Shown here: positions 48,334 through 57,735 of the stretch, in pieces
Layout: each line of letters opens with the position of its first letter
Position numbering within the stretch: position 1 is the first letter of the stretch
Origin: Methanosarcinales archaeon
GTDB taxonomy: Archaea; Halobacteriota; Syntropharchaeia; Alkanophagales; Methanospirareceae
Reading direction: 5' to 3'
DNA: 64,000 nt
Assembly: GCA_030611045.1 (NCBI GenBank)
Contig: JAUWQN010000001.1
Span: forward strand, 1,484-65,483
Translations under genes and position numbers: made by a program
Notes under the pieces: generated by a model
The model's input: the letters and a program-made list of their open reading frames with translations, nothing else
What the model was told of the DNA's origin: nothing
Databases searched by the model: none

Positions 48334-49050
48334 ATGAAATTGTTGGTAAGCCCGAAGGATGTGGAGGAAGCGAAGGCGGTAATTCGTGGAAATGCTGATA
48401 TTGTAGACGTGAAGAATCCGAAAGAGGGCTCTTTAGGCGCTAATTTCCCGTGGGTCATAAGGGCAATAAAAGAATTGGTGGAGAAGGAGCGAGGAAATGG
48501 CATGGAAATGAGCGCGGCAATCGGAGATTTTGATTATAAGCCCGGAACTGCGTCATTAGCCGCGTTAGGTGCTGCTTCAGCCGGTGCAGATTACATAAAA
48601 ATCGGGTTGCTCAAGATAAAAACAAGACAAGAGGCGATAGATTTGCTTACCGGCGTGGTTAAAGCAGTGAAAGGCTTCGACCCCACAAAGAAAGTTGTTT
48701 CTGCTTTCTATTCTGATTATAAACGAATAAATTCGATTTCGCCGTTTGAAATCGCAGAGATTGGGACGGAAGTGGATATAGATGTGGCAATGGTGGACAC
48801 AGGCATAAAAGATGGGCGGTCAACCTTGGAGTTCCTCAGCGAAGAGGAGCTTAAGACATTTGTTTCGGAATCAAAGGCGCTTGGATTGGATACCGCACTC
48901 GCAGGCGCACTCACATTTGATGATCTCCCGGTGATAAAGGAGATAAACCCAGATATACTCGGTGTGAGGGGCATGGTCTGCGGTGGCGACAGAAATGCTC
49001 AGGTAAGAGCGGAGTTGGTGACCGAGTTGCGAAGGAAAGTTTCAGAGTGA
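48334..49050 (+). CDS. mfnB: (5-formylfuran-3-yl)methyl phosphate synthase MfnB (methanofuran biosynthesis)
   Basis: 238 aa. 'LLVSPKDVEEAKAVIRGNADIVDVKNPKEGSLGANFPWVIRAI...YKPGTASLAALGAASAGADYIKIGL...GVRGMVCGGDRN' closely follows the MfnB family. Confidence 0.8.
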   Translation: MKLLVSPKDVEEAKAVIRGNADIVDVKNPKEGSLGANFPWVIRAIKELVEKERGNGMEMSAAIGDFDYKPGTASLAALGAASAGADYIKIGLLKIKTRQEAIDLLTGVVKAVKGFDPTKKVVSAFYSDYKRINSISPFEIAEIGTEVDIDVAMVDTGIKDGRSTLEFLSEEELKTFVSESKALGLDTALAGALTFDDLPVIKEINPDILGVRGMVCGGDRNAQVRAELVTELRRKVSE

Positions 49051-49102
49051 AGTTCAGACACAAGTCCTTAAAACCTTAGATGAAGGCACGGGATGACGAA
49101 CA

Positions 49103-49486
49103 ATGACAGATACTGAAATGAAGAATCAGAAACTTTCGAACGAAGAATTGAAGGAGTTAGCGACCGGGTTGGAGAACTTTGGGGATATGCTCATAATGAT
49201 GGGGACGCTTGCGACACTGGAGAAAGAGCTGATCGGTTTAGATAAACTCATGAAAAAACTCTTCAAACCGGAGAATCGCGACTTGTTCCAGATAATGGAG
49301 GGCAATCAGGAATTAATGGGTAAAGTAACGGACATTATGACGAAATGGAAACTGATAGAGGAGCAATCCCCGTTGGAACTCACACCAGAGGAGAAGATTG
49401 AAGTAGGGAAGAGTTTTAAAGAGTTCTCCAGTTTGCTTACCGAGATTGTGGGCGGTGCATTACGGGAGGAAACGCGGTCAGAATAA
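49103..49486 (+). CDS. hypothetical helical protein
   Basis: 127 aa ORF with no recognisable motifs. Confidence 0.35.
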   Translation: MTDTEMKNQKLSNEELKELATGLENFGDMLIMMGTLATLEKELIGLDKLMKKLFKPENRDLFQIMEGNQELMGKVTDIMTKWKLIEEQSPLELTPEEKIEVGKSFKEFSSLLTEIVGGALREETRSE

Positions 49487-49494
49487 GCTTGTCA

Positions 49495-50556
49495 TCACCT
49501 CACCACATGCACTGAAGTCGCTTTAAAGGTTGCACAGACTTCATCCCCTTTTCGCAGTCTGAGACTTTCACGTGACTGTTTTGTAATAAGGGCTACAAGT
49601 TCGCTACGCCCGATATCCATTTTTACACGTGTTAATGGCCCAATATCCTGCAGCTCTGTTATTCTCCCTATCATAACGTTTCTGGCACTGCTAACGCCTC
49701 TACTTTCAGACAAAATTATGTCTTCCGGCCTTATTAATACTTTTACCGCTTCAGCAGGGTACTCAGAAACGGCGAATATAGTACCCCCCGTATCAACTTC
49801 TATCTCGGCAATGCCTTTCACATTATTTCGAACTACACCACGTAATACATTCTCGATGCCAACAAAATCAGCTAACTCCTCGTTCAGCGGCTTATTAAAA
49901 ATCTCGTGTGGAGTCCCTACTTGCATTATTCGCCCTTTCATCATCACGGCTATTCTATCAGCGAGAACCAATGCTTCTGTTTGGTCATGTGTTACATGAA
50001 CCATGGTGATTCCGAACTCTTCTTTTACACGCTTCAGTTCTTCTCTCAGATAATCTTTCGTTCTGAGGTCTAAAGCAGATAAAGGCTCGTCCAAAAGCAA
50101 TATTGAAGGTTCAATGGCAACCGCGCGAGCAATTGCAACTTTTTGCTGCTCTCCACCACTGAGCGTAGCAGGGTAACGATTTGCAAGGTGAGATATACTC
50201 AACCAGTCCATTATTTCCTTCACGCTCTTCCTATTTGTATCCGGTGTTGAAGACTTCTTCAACTTAAGACCAAATTTTATATTCTGCTCAACGTTCAAAT
50301 GAGGGAAAAGGGAATAATCCTGATAAATAAATCCAACCCGCCTCCTCTCCGGGGGGAGAATCGTTACATCATCCCCTTCTATCCAGACTTCTCCTCTGTC
50401 AGGAATGTAAAAACCCGCAATTGTCTCAAGGAGTAACGTCTTCCCAGCACCCGTGGGGCCCAGAATAACGAAATATTCTCCTCTTTCAATCGCTAAGTTT
50501 ATATCTTTAAGAGCGAACTCTTTCCAATCCTTGTATAAGTCCCTTACTTCTATCAT
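49495..50556 (-). CDS. molybdate/tungstate ABC transporter ATP-binding protein (ModC/WtpC) with C-terminal TOBE/MOP domain
   Basis: 353 aa. Walker A 'GPTGAGKT', signature 'LSGGEQQKVAIARA', Walker B 'LLLDEPLSALD', C-terminal MOP-like beta domain. Confidence 0.8.
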   Translation of the reverse strand: MIEVRDLYKDWKEFALKDINLAIERGEYFVILGPTGAGKTLLLETIAGFYIPDRGEVWIEGDDVTILPPERRRVGFIYQDYSLFPHLNVEQNIKFGLKLKKSSTPDTNRKSVKEIMDWLSISHLANRYPATLSGGEQQKVAIARAVAIEPSILLLDEPLSALDLRTKDYLREELKRVKEEFGITMVHVTHDQTEALVLADRIAVMMKGRIMQVGTPHEIFNKPLNEELADFVGIENVLRGVVRNNVKGIAEIEVDTGGTIFAVSEYPAEAVKVLIRPEDIILSESRGVSSARNVMIGRITELQDIGPLTRVKMDIGRSELVALITKQSRESLRLRKGDEVCATFKATSVHVVR

Positions 50557-51390
50557 TTATTTACTTCTCCGCTGGAGCACCCTCAACATTATAAAAATAA
50601 CCAAACAAATCGAGATCAGCAAAACCGAAATCGGTCTTGACGCCGCTAATCCAAACGAGGTGAACTTCTCGTAGATTAAAATTGGTGCGGATATCGGATG
50701 GTACGCAAGGATCAGAACAGCCGAGAACTCGCTTATTGCACGCCCCCAGCTCAGAATCGCACCGCTCAATATGGAAGGGAAAGCCAGCGGGAACGTTATT
50801 TCTCGGAACGTTCTCCAATGCGATGCGCCCAATGAGCGAGCAACGTTTTCTAACCGTGGATCAACCTTTTTAAAACCTTCTCTTGCCGTGTCTACTAAAT
50901 ACGGTAGGCTCATGAACAGCATCGCAATTACGATTCCGGGATACGCATCTGTAATAACAATCCCTAATTTTCTAAGTGGTGCACCGATCATTCCGTACCG
51001 CATGAACACCCCGTACAATGCAATCCCAGCCACAACGTGTGGAATCATCAAGGGGACGTCCACAATACCTTCTATTATGCTCTTACCAATGAAATCCTTC
51101 CGTGCGAGGAAATACGCTAAAGGGACACCAAAAAAGAAGGCGATTAACGTGGAAACCAGTGCCATAGAGATGCTTATCCCTATTGACTTTAGAACTACGG
51201 GGTCAGTTGCAGCAGCAATCAATCCAGAAAAGTCTTCCGCTTGCTTGTAAAACAGGTTTCCAAGCGTAATAGCCACAAAAACAACAAGAAAAAAACCTAA
51301 AAAGAGGGAAAGGATAAAAAGTTTCTCCCTCTTCAGCTTTTCCTTCAATCCCATTCTTGCTTCTTGCACACGCATAATACTTGTTCTCAC
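50557..51390 (-). CDS. molybdate/tungstate ABC transporter permease (ModB/WtpB)
   Basis: 277 aa with 6 TM helices and an ABC permease 'EAA'-type loop ('ARSLGASHWRTFREITFP'). Confidence 0.75.
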   Translation of the reverse strand: MRTSIMRVQEARMGLKEKLKREKLFILSLFLGFFLVVFVAITLGNLFYKQAEDFSGLIAAATDPVVLKSIGISISMALVSTLIAFFFGVPLAYFLARKDFIGKSIIEGIVDVPLMIPHVVAGIALYGVFMRYGMIGAPLRKLGIVITDAYPGIVIAMLFMSLPYLVDTAREGFKKVDPRLENVARSLGASHWRTFREITFPLAFPSILSGAILSWGRAISEFSAVLILAYHPISAPILIYEKFTSFGLAASRPISVLLISICLVIFIMLRVLQRRSK

Positions 51391-51412
51391 AGTGTTATGT
51401 GTCCCTCTCTTT

Positions 51413-52621
51413 TTATTCCTTTCTCCTTCTCAGCGCCAGATATGCGATTACTGATAGACCTGTAATAGCGTATATTGCTCCAAAGCCCGGCTCTTCCGGT
51501 GTCGGTGTTGGCGTTGAAGTAGGACTAGGCGTCGGCGTTGCCTCGCCATCCTCAAGCTCTACTAAACTTTCCAACTCTTCAGGTAAATTCCCGCTCCCCA
51601 AAGGTGGCACAATTGGCGGCTGTCCCATATCGCTAAAAATCTTCTGCCCTGCATCACCGATAACGAATTTAACGAACTCTAATCCAAGTTCTGGATTTTC
51701 CGCATTCGTCGGAACTGTGATACCATACACAATTGGTTTTCCTGTTTTTGTTTTACCGTCGGCTGTTTCCAATTTGACCTTTTTGTAAGTGTCGGCATAC
51801 TCCACTTTGCTCAGGTCTATTTGCTCAGGCAAATCGAAAAACGCTAAATTGTGCTGAACGGCAACGCTTCTGTACTCAAATGCGTAGTCAAGCCCACCTT
51901 CCTCGACAAATGCTACGAGCTCAACCGATTTCGGTCTTATATCTACCTTCTCTGTGTTTGGCTTCTGATCTTCTGGCACCGTTATTAAATAAGTCCCGTC
52001 TACCTCCTCGCTAATCGTAATCGCCGTGTTGTCAAGAATCAAATCGTCGAATATCTGCTCATCCCCGTAATGTAACTCTGCGAGCTGAAAGACCATTACT
52101 GCCCGGTATCCGCAGGGGTCGAGATTCGGATTTGAGAAGGCGAAGACCACATCATCTCTGCGCAGAATCTCATACCAGTTCTCCGGTGTGATTTCATCCG
52201 CATACATGCTCAACTCCAAATTATATGTAAGAACCAAGTCATTCGTTGCAAATCTCACATACCAATCGGCATACTCGGGATACATCATGCCTGGTATAAG
52301 CGTGTAATCCGCGGATGCAATCACTTCTCCGTTCTTCCCCACGTCGGTTATCTGCCTCACTGCCGATATACTACCCATTGACTCCCGTTGCACATCTACA
52401 TCCGAATGCAAAACCTCGAATTGGCTCTCCGCTTCTTCCAACGGAACTGCTAAGCTCCCCGCGTGGAAGACTTTGACTGTTTGGACTTCCCGTGCTCCCG
52501 CAGAAGGAGTGCAAAAAGCCGCTACTGGTATACCTGCAAGTATTGCAATCACTATCCATAATACCACTAAGTCTCTTTTTTTCATCTCTTTCTTCACCAT
52601 CGACATGCATACTTGTGCCAC
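51413..52621 (-). CDS. tungstate/molybdate ABC transporter substrate-binding protein (WtpA/ModA family) with PGF-CTERM archaeal sorting signal
   Basis: 402 aa. N-terminal signal/TM, 'VFHAGSL' oxyanion-binding motif, Thr/Pro-rich linker 'PTPSPTSTPTPTPEE', then 'PGF-GAIYAITGLSVIAYLALRRRKE' (PGF motif + TM + basic tail). Confidence 0.75.
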   Translation of the reverse strand: MAQVCMSMVKKEMKKRDLVVLWIVIAILAGIPVAAFCTPSAGAREVQTVKVFHAGSLAVPLEEAESQFEVLHSDVDVQRESMGSISAVRQITDVGKNGEVIASADYTLIPGMMYPEYADWYVRFATNDLVLTYNLELSMYADEITPENWYEILRRDDVVFAFSNPNLDPCGYRAVMVFQLAELHYGDEQIFDDLILDNTAITISEEVDGTYLITVPEDQKPNTEKVDIRPKSVELVAFVEEGGLDYAFEYRSVAVQHNLAFFDLPEQIDLSKVEYADTYKKVKLETADGKTKTGKPIVYGITVPTNAENPELGLEFVKFVIGDAGQKIFSDMGQPPIVPPLGSGNLPEELESLVELEDGEATPTPSPTSTPTPTPEEPGFGAIYAITGLSVIAYLALRRRKE

Positions 52622-52667
52622 TCGATATAAAAAGGTTTATGGTTTTTTCCTGCTGGTTTCACAGCAA

Positions 52668-52680
52668 CCTTTTTAAGTAG
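52668..52680 (+). promoter_or_regulatory. candidate TATA box for orphan 5S rRNA
   Basis: 'CTTTTTAAGTAG' lies about 20-30 nt upstream of the 5S 5' end. Confidence 0.3.
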
Positions 52681-52699
52681 AAAAATTGTCATATTGTAA

Positions 52700-52830
52700 G
52701 TGGGTATAGCGGCCATAGCGGCGGGGAAACTCCCGGACTCATTCCGAACCCGGCAGATAAGCCCGTCAGCGTTCCTTACTGTACTGAGTTGCGAGAGCAC
52801 TTGGGAACTCTGGATCGCTGCTATGCTCAC
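52700..52830 (+). rRNA. rrf: 5S ribosomal RNA (stand-alone copy)
   Basis: 'GTGGGTATAGCGGCCATAGCGGCGGGGAAACTCCCGGACTCATTCCGAACCCGGCAGATAAGCCCGTCAGCGTTCC...GTACTGAGTTGCGAGAG...GCTGCTATGCTCAC' shows the conserved 5S loop motifs (CCGAAC, GTACTG). The 5' and 3' ends pair (helix I with G-U pairs), and a T-run follows. No 16S/23S is adjacent. Confidence 0.8.
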
Positions 52831-53145
52831 AACCCTTTTCTTTAAGAAGAAACGCGTTGACGGAAGAGAAATTGGGAAGCGTTTCGCCCGATAGTGGGTG
52901 ATATGTACGATAACAGGAGCGAAAAAGTCGCAAAATAAGTGTCAAACGTGAAAATATGAGCAAAATGTTTTACCTATTTCTTTAAAACCAGAGTCAATCA
53001 AAATTCTCATTATTTTATTTTATTCCATTCCAGCGTAATCGTCGTTAATCATCAGAATTGGCGCGATCGGGCACACCTCTCTTAACCATAACTTGGTGTT
53101 AGGCGCAAAAACCCATCAGAAGACTTAAAAACTGAAGATTCGAGT

Positions 53146-53218
53146 AGTCCCGGGAGGATTCGAACCTCCGTCACGGGCTCCAAAGGCCAGTATGCTTGAC
53201 CGCTACACCACGGGACTT
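53146..53218 (-). tRNA. tRNA, probably tRNA-Gln (anticodon TTG)
   Basis: Minus-strand 'AGTCCCG-TG-GTGT-AGCGGTCAA-GCAT-A-CTGGC-CTTTGGA-GCCCG-TGAC-GGAGG-TTCGAAT-CCTCC-CGGGACT-A'. The 7-bp acceptor stem and T-arm are perfect, with GTTCGAAT in the T-loop. The anticodon loop CTTTGGA gives TTG. One U-C mismatch in the anticodon stem leaves the isotype call unconfirmed. No encoded CCA. Confidence 0.7.
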
Positions 53219-53381
53219 CTTTTTTTCTTGCTTCGCTTGCTCAATCATTTTTAGTGCAGTCAGCATTAAAAACTTTTTTTCTTGGTCTCTGAAATGCGGG
53301 CATCCGCAAATTAACAGCATCGTTTGCCTGACCCGCGATCGAAGTGAGCTTTCCTCCTATTTTCTATTCGCTTATTTCTTG

Positions 53382-54524
53382 TTACTCCTCGCTCTCACTT
53401 TCCCAAGCCTGCATATACTGCAACCCTAACTCCTTGAGCCGTTTTTTATCAATATGCACACCTATCGTGTACTTCTCCATGAAGTGCTCGTACTCGGTAT
53501 ATAACGAACGAGACATGGGACGTTCAGTAGAAAGTAACTCATTATCCCGCTTGAACTCGTATTTTATCTCAAAATGAACTGCAGACCGTGTCAATCGCTT
53601 CAGCTCGTCAAAATCCAGTGAATGATAAACCTGCATGGGCATATCCAGCACCTTTAACCTCCCCACCTTATCCTCAGGATTGCATTCCTGGATGCGATCC
53701 GTTATAGCACGTTTTATCTCATGCGCATCCAGATTAATACAAACAACGGGCTCCAAATCCACCATCTCCCGCGTGTTCAATTCGTGAAATATAATCTCTT
53801 TATCACCATATTCGTCCAACCGTACTTCCAAGAAGCCTTTAGCCTCGTTCACCTCGTTAAAGCTGAATCGTTCGGTCGAGCCCGCGTAATATGCGTTGTC
53901 TCGTACTCTTATGTATTTGTGATAGTGCCCCAATGCGAGGTAATCGAAATTGGTCAAGTCGTGAATAGTAATCAGTTGCTCGTTGAATTCATCCATTAAA
54001 AACATCTGCTTTCCCGCGCCGTAAACGCCTGCATGAAGCAGTGCGATATTAACCCCTCCCGTGCTGTCGCGGTTCAACCGCATTTTCTGCTTCTCACTCT
54101 CAATATCATCGCAATGGGGAATCGCATGAACCTTTAGATCACCAATTTCAACGAGTTCGTATTTATTCCCATAAACTACGTGAACATTAGGAATATGCTC
54201 AAACAGGCTGAATACACTGCCCGTCTCCTTCAAACGAGGCGTTTCGTGATTGCCTGAGATCACCACAAAAGGAATCCCTGCTTCGCTTAATCGTATTAAT
54301 TGCCCGAGCACGACCGAAATAGCACGATTCGTGGGTCTTACGGAGTCGAACAGGTCACCCGCGTGTACTATCACATCGGGCTTTTCAGCAACGGCATAAT
54401 CCACAAAATGCTTGAATGCCGCGTAGGTGTCCACTTCACGTTGGTTCAGCCCGGTCGCTTCGTCCATCCTCCGGTATGCCGAGTAGCCTATATGCGTGTC
54501 TGCAATGTGGAATATTCTCGTCAT
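53382..54524 (-). CDS. mre11: DNA double-strand-break repair nuclease Mre11 (calcineurin-like phosphoesterase)
   Basis: 380 aa. 'IFHIADTHIG', 'HAGDLFD', 'GNHE' phosphoesterase motifs I-III, and 'GHYH'. Confidence 0.8.
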   Translation of the reverse strand: MTRIFHIADTHIGYSAYRRMDEATGLNQREVDTYAAFKHFVDYAVAEKPDVIVHAGDLFDSVRPTNRAISVVLGQLIRLSEAGIPFVVISGNHETPRLKETGSVFSLFEHIPNVHVVYGNKYELVEIGDLKVHAIPHCDDIESEKQKMRLNRDSTGGVNIALLHAGVYGAGKQMFLMDEFNEQLITIHDLTNFDYLALGHYHKYIRVRDNAYYAGSTERFSFNEVNEAKGFLEVRLDEYGDKEIIFHELNTREMVDLEPVVCINLDAHEIKRAITDRIQECNPEDKVGRLKVLDMPMQVYHSLDFDELKRLTRSAVHFEIKYEFKRDNELLSTERPMSRSLYTEYEHFMEKYTIGVHIDKKRLKELGLQYMQAWESESEE

Positions 54525-54649
54525 CGCACTTTCTTTTTAAAAAGAACCTGCACTAAGAAAAACGTTGTCCATCATAAAAGTGTTACGGAAACATTTTTGT
54601 TGCATGCTGCATTTAGCCCGACCACGCTTCTGGGGTCTGTTATTTATAT

Positions 54650-55864
54650 TCACTTCAACATCTTCCGCAGCACATCTACATCCGCTTCTACTTCTATTGG
54701 CGGTTCGCATATCTCTATTACGCGTTCAGGGTCTTTCAAGAGATGTCCAGTAGTGATACAGACAATTCTCTCATCTCGTTCTACTACTCCCATCGCAACT
54801 AATTTCTTCAGCCCTGCAATTGACGCAGCACTTGCAGGTTCCACACCGATGCCTTCTAACCGTGCCAGCTCGAGCTGTGCATCTGTTATCTCCTCGTCAG
54901 TCACTGATTCCGCAACGCCACCTGATTCCCTTATAGCGACTAAAGCCTTTGCGGCATTCACCGGGTTCCCTATCCGTATCGCAGATGCAATGGTTTCTGG
55001 CTTATCTTCTGGCGTTATCTCAGCTTTTCCTTCCTTTAAAGCTCTTACTATAGGTTTCGCACCCTCTGATTGAATGCCGGTCATCTTTGGTATGGCGTCG
55101 GTGATGCCCAGGGTCTTCAACTCTGAGAAGCCTTTGAAAATCGCACTTATGTTCCCCGCATTCCCTACCGGCAGAATAAGCCTATCCGGCACTTCCCAGC
55201 CAAGTTTCTCGGCAACCTCAAATGCTATCGTTTTCTGACCTTCCAATCGGTACGGATTGATGGAATTCAGCAAATAGAGGCTTTCTTCCTCGCAGAGCAC
55301 GCGAACAACCCGTAAAGCATCATCAAAATTACCCTTTAGCGAGAATACCTGCGCACCATGCATCATCGCCTGCGCTACTTTCCCTAACGCTACCTTGCCC
55401 TTTGGGAGCAGGACGTAACACGGAAAACCTGCTTTTGCCGCAAAGATAGCCAGTGACGCGGACGTATTTCCCGTTGATGCACATGCAACGCCTTTCACAC
55501 CCAATTCCGCTGCTTTCGTTACGCCAACGGTCATTCCCCGGTCTTTAAACGAACCTGAAGGGTTCAGTCCTTCATGTTTCACCCATAAATCCTCAACGCC
55601 AATGGCTTTTGCAAGGCTATCGCACCGGTACAAAGGCGTATTCCCCTCCTGTATTGTTATCGGCTTGGTTTCTTCATCGAACGGCAATAACTCACGATAT
55701 TTCCATACGCCCTCTCCCTTCGCTTTGACGATTCTCTCTACATATACTTCGGAATAATCATATTTTATATCCAGCAAACTGCCACAATCCCTGCAGGTGT
55801 ATACTATATCATCCTTGGAAAAGCGTGCGCCGCATCGTATACATTCTACATCGTATTCTTTCAT
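54650..55864 (-). CDS. thrC: threonine synthase (with N-terminal zinc-ribbon)
   Basis: 404 aa. N-terminal 'CIRCGARF...CRDCGS' ribbon, PLP-lysine region 'HEGLNPSGSFKDRG', fold-type II PLP enzyme. Confidence 0.9.
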   Translation of the reverse strand: MKEYDVECIRCGARFSKDDIVYTCRDCGSLLDIKYDYSEVYVERIVKAKGEGVWKYRELLPFDEETKPITIQEGNTPLYRCDSLAKAIGVEDLWVKHEGLNPSGSFKDRGMTVGVTKAAELGVKGVACASTGNTSASLAIFAAKAGFPCYVLLPKGKVALGKVAQAMMHGAQVFSLKGNFDDALRVVRVLCEEESLYLLNSINPYRLEGQKTIAFEVAEKLGWEVPDRLILPVGNAGNISAIFKGFSELKTLGITDAIPKMTGIQSEGAKPIVRALKEGKAEITPEDKPETIASAIRIGNPVNAAKALVAIRESGGVAESVTDEEITDAQLELARLEGIGVEPASAASIAGLKKLVAMGVVERDERIVCITTGHLLKDPERVIEICEPPIEVEADVDVLRKMLK

Positions 55865-56117
55865 GGTAAAATCCTCACGTCAATGGTATTATAGAGAGAA
55901 TAAGAATATAAAGGGGGGCATGTTGCCAAATTTTCGCCTCTTTTATCGTTAATTATCTGATTGGGCTTATAAATGAATATTTTTGTTTACGGCATCGAAA
56001 ATTTAACCAATCCCGAAACACGACTAAAATTTCCTCTTCTTTCACGAAATTGGAAATCCTGGTGGCAAGCGAAAAGTCGAGTTGTTATACACAATTGCAA
56101 ATCGAGCCACGAGCTAA

Positions 56118-56810
56118 CTAACGAACAGGATCATCGAGAAGCTCACTTAAATCGCTTATAATAAATTCATCATCCTTTTTTTCCTCATCCTTTACGTTCC
56201 TTCTCCGCGCTCTATCCAGATAATACGCAGTTATACCGATTTTGCGTGGATTGAGAAAATCAAACACCCAGTGATCACCAGTATGAACAACCGCCTGCGG
56301 CTTCACATCCAGAATCTCGCACACGCGTGCAAAGAACCCGTTGGTCTTCTTCACCTCGCCGAAATCAGACGTTGCTGAGAACACATGCGAAAAGAATCTT
56401 TTGATAGGTTTTATTTGGAATTCAATGAATTCAGTTGCCGCATTTGAGCTTAATATCAGTTCGTAGCCTTCTTCCTTCAGCACGGTCAGAACACTTTCTA
56501 CTTCCTCGTATATCATTATCTCGTCTTTGTATTTCTTGAAGAGCGTCTCGTACGGGATGTCCAGGTCGAACTTTCGCAGCCAGTAATCTATGTTATACCA
56601 CTCTATCTGGTGCTCCCCGATCTTATCATACTCGCTCTTCACATATTCAAATGCCTGCTCAAAGCTCAAACCTTCTTTCTCCGCATAAGCCTTCGGGATT
56701 CCTTGCAGCCAAACGCAATCTACAAATCCAGGGCTCACTAACGTGCCGTCAACGTCAAAAGAGAAAACCTTTACACCTTCCCATGCTTGTGCTTGCCCAG
56801 CTCGTAACAT
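56118..56810 (-). CDS. HAD-superfamily hydrolase
   Basis: 230 aa. Motif I 'FSFDVDGTLV', downstream S/T and K/D motifs. Confidence 0.7.
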   Translation of the reverse strand: MLRAGQAQAWEGVKVFSFDVDGTLVSPGFVDCVWLQGIPKAYAEKEGLSFEQAFEYVKSEYDKIGEHQIEWYNIDYWLRKFDLDIPYETLFKKYKDEIMIYEEVESVLTVLKEEGYELILSSNAATEFIEFQIKPIKRFFSHVFSATSDFGEVKKTNGFFARVCEILDVKPQAVVHTGDHWVFDFLNPRKIGITAYYLDRARRRNVKDEEKKDDEFIISDLSELLDDPVR

Positions 56811-56817
56811 CTTCTCG

Positions 56818-57735
56818 CTACTCCCCCTTCAGGTGGAAAACATATGCAAACCCCCTCTTCTCCACCGGTACAATCTCGTCCAGAATTCGCTCAACTTCTG
56901 CTCGCGTGCATCCACCTGCGACTATCTCGCCCTCAAGTATCGCAAACCAGGCATTCCTCAGCCCTATCTTTGATAAGCATCTACCATACGTCCGTGCATG
57001 AACTTTGCCCATCTCCTGATGATAAACCGTTAAAAGCCTTGGATCCTTCTTAATCAGCCCGTCTATCTTACCCCCATATTTCAGTCGCATCGCCTCACTG
57101 CTCAAATATGATTTTAAGCGCTCTTCGTCGCTATCTTTTATCTCCACCCACGGAAGAGCGGTTATAATGCCAAATCTCGCTTTCGCTTCTTGATACCTCT
57201 CTTTCAAATCCTGCCGAATACCCGGACCGAAACTGACGGGGTAGGAATTCAAGATACCATCGTAGATAATTTGACCTTTAAAAGGCAGAAGAACTGCTTT
57301 GAGGTAAACCGGAAGTTCTTGGCTAACTATATCCTGGAAATCACTCACAAGTGCAAGCACACCATACGCCTTTGGGGGAGAACGGTTATCGAGAAAGATC
57401 GCATACTTCTTGAGATAGCGGAACAAATAGAACTCAGCCTTAAGGAAGTTATTCCAACCTCGAACGATCTCTAACTCGTCCTGTGAGAAATTGAATGGAT
57501 TCTCCTTCACAAAGGCATCAATCAACCCGGGTTGCCCGTATAAAGCTTCTCTGATTTTGTTTATCTCTTCGGATGGTAAATCCATGAACTCGTCAACGGT
57601 GGTTACGCTCCTAATTATGCCTTTTTGCTGGTTTGTGTAAACGAGCAATGCCGGATGCAGTTTATAAAACTGTTTAGTATCCTCTTCTGATTGTTTCATT
57701 TTGTAATAAAAAGCACTAATCCCATATCCCCTCAA
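56818..57735 (-). CDS. hypothetical protein
   Basis: 305 aa. Overlaps the upstream BrnA-like gene by 4 nt. Confidence 0.35.
   Translation of the reverse strand: MRGYGISAFYYKMKQSEEDTKQFYKLHPALLVYTNQQKGIIRSVTTVDEFMDLPSEEINKIREALYGQPGLIDAFVKENPFNFSQDELEIVRGWNNFLKAEFYLFRYLKKYAIFLDNRSPPKAYGVLALVSDFQDIVSQELPVYLKAVLLPFKGQIIYDGILNSYPVSFGPGIRQDLKERYQEAKARFGIITALPWVEIKDSDEERLKSYLSSEAMRLKYGGKIDGLIKKDPRLLTVYHQEMGKVHARTYGRCLSKIGLRNAWFAILEGEIVAGGCTRAEVERILDEIVPVEKRGFAYVFHLKGE

Noticed and set aside
52594-52894. ORFs of 78 aa (-) and 64 aa (+) predicted over 52594-52894
   Set aside because: They coincide exactly with the 5S rRNA gene, so they are artefacts of a structured RNA locus.
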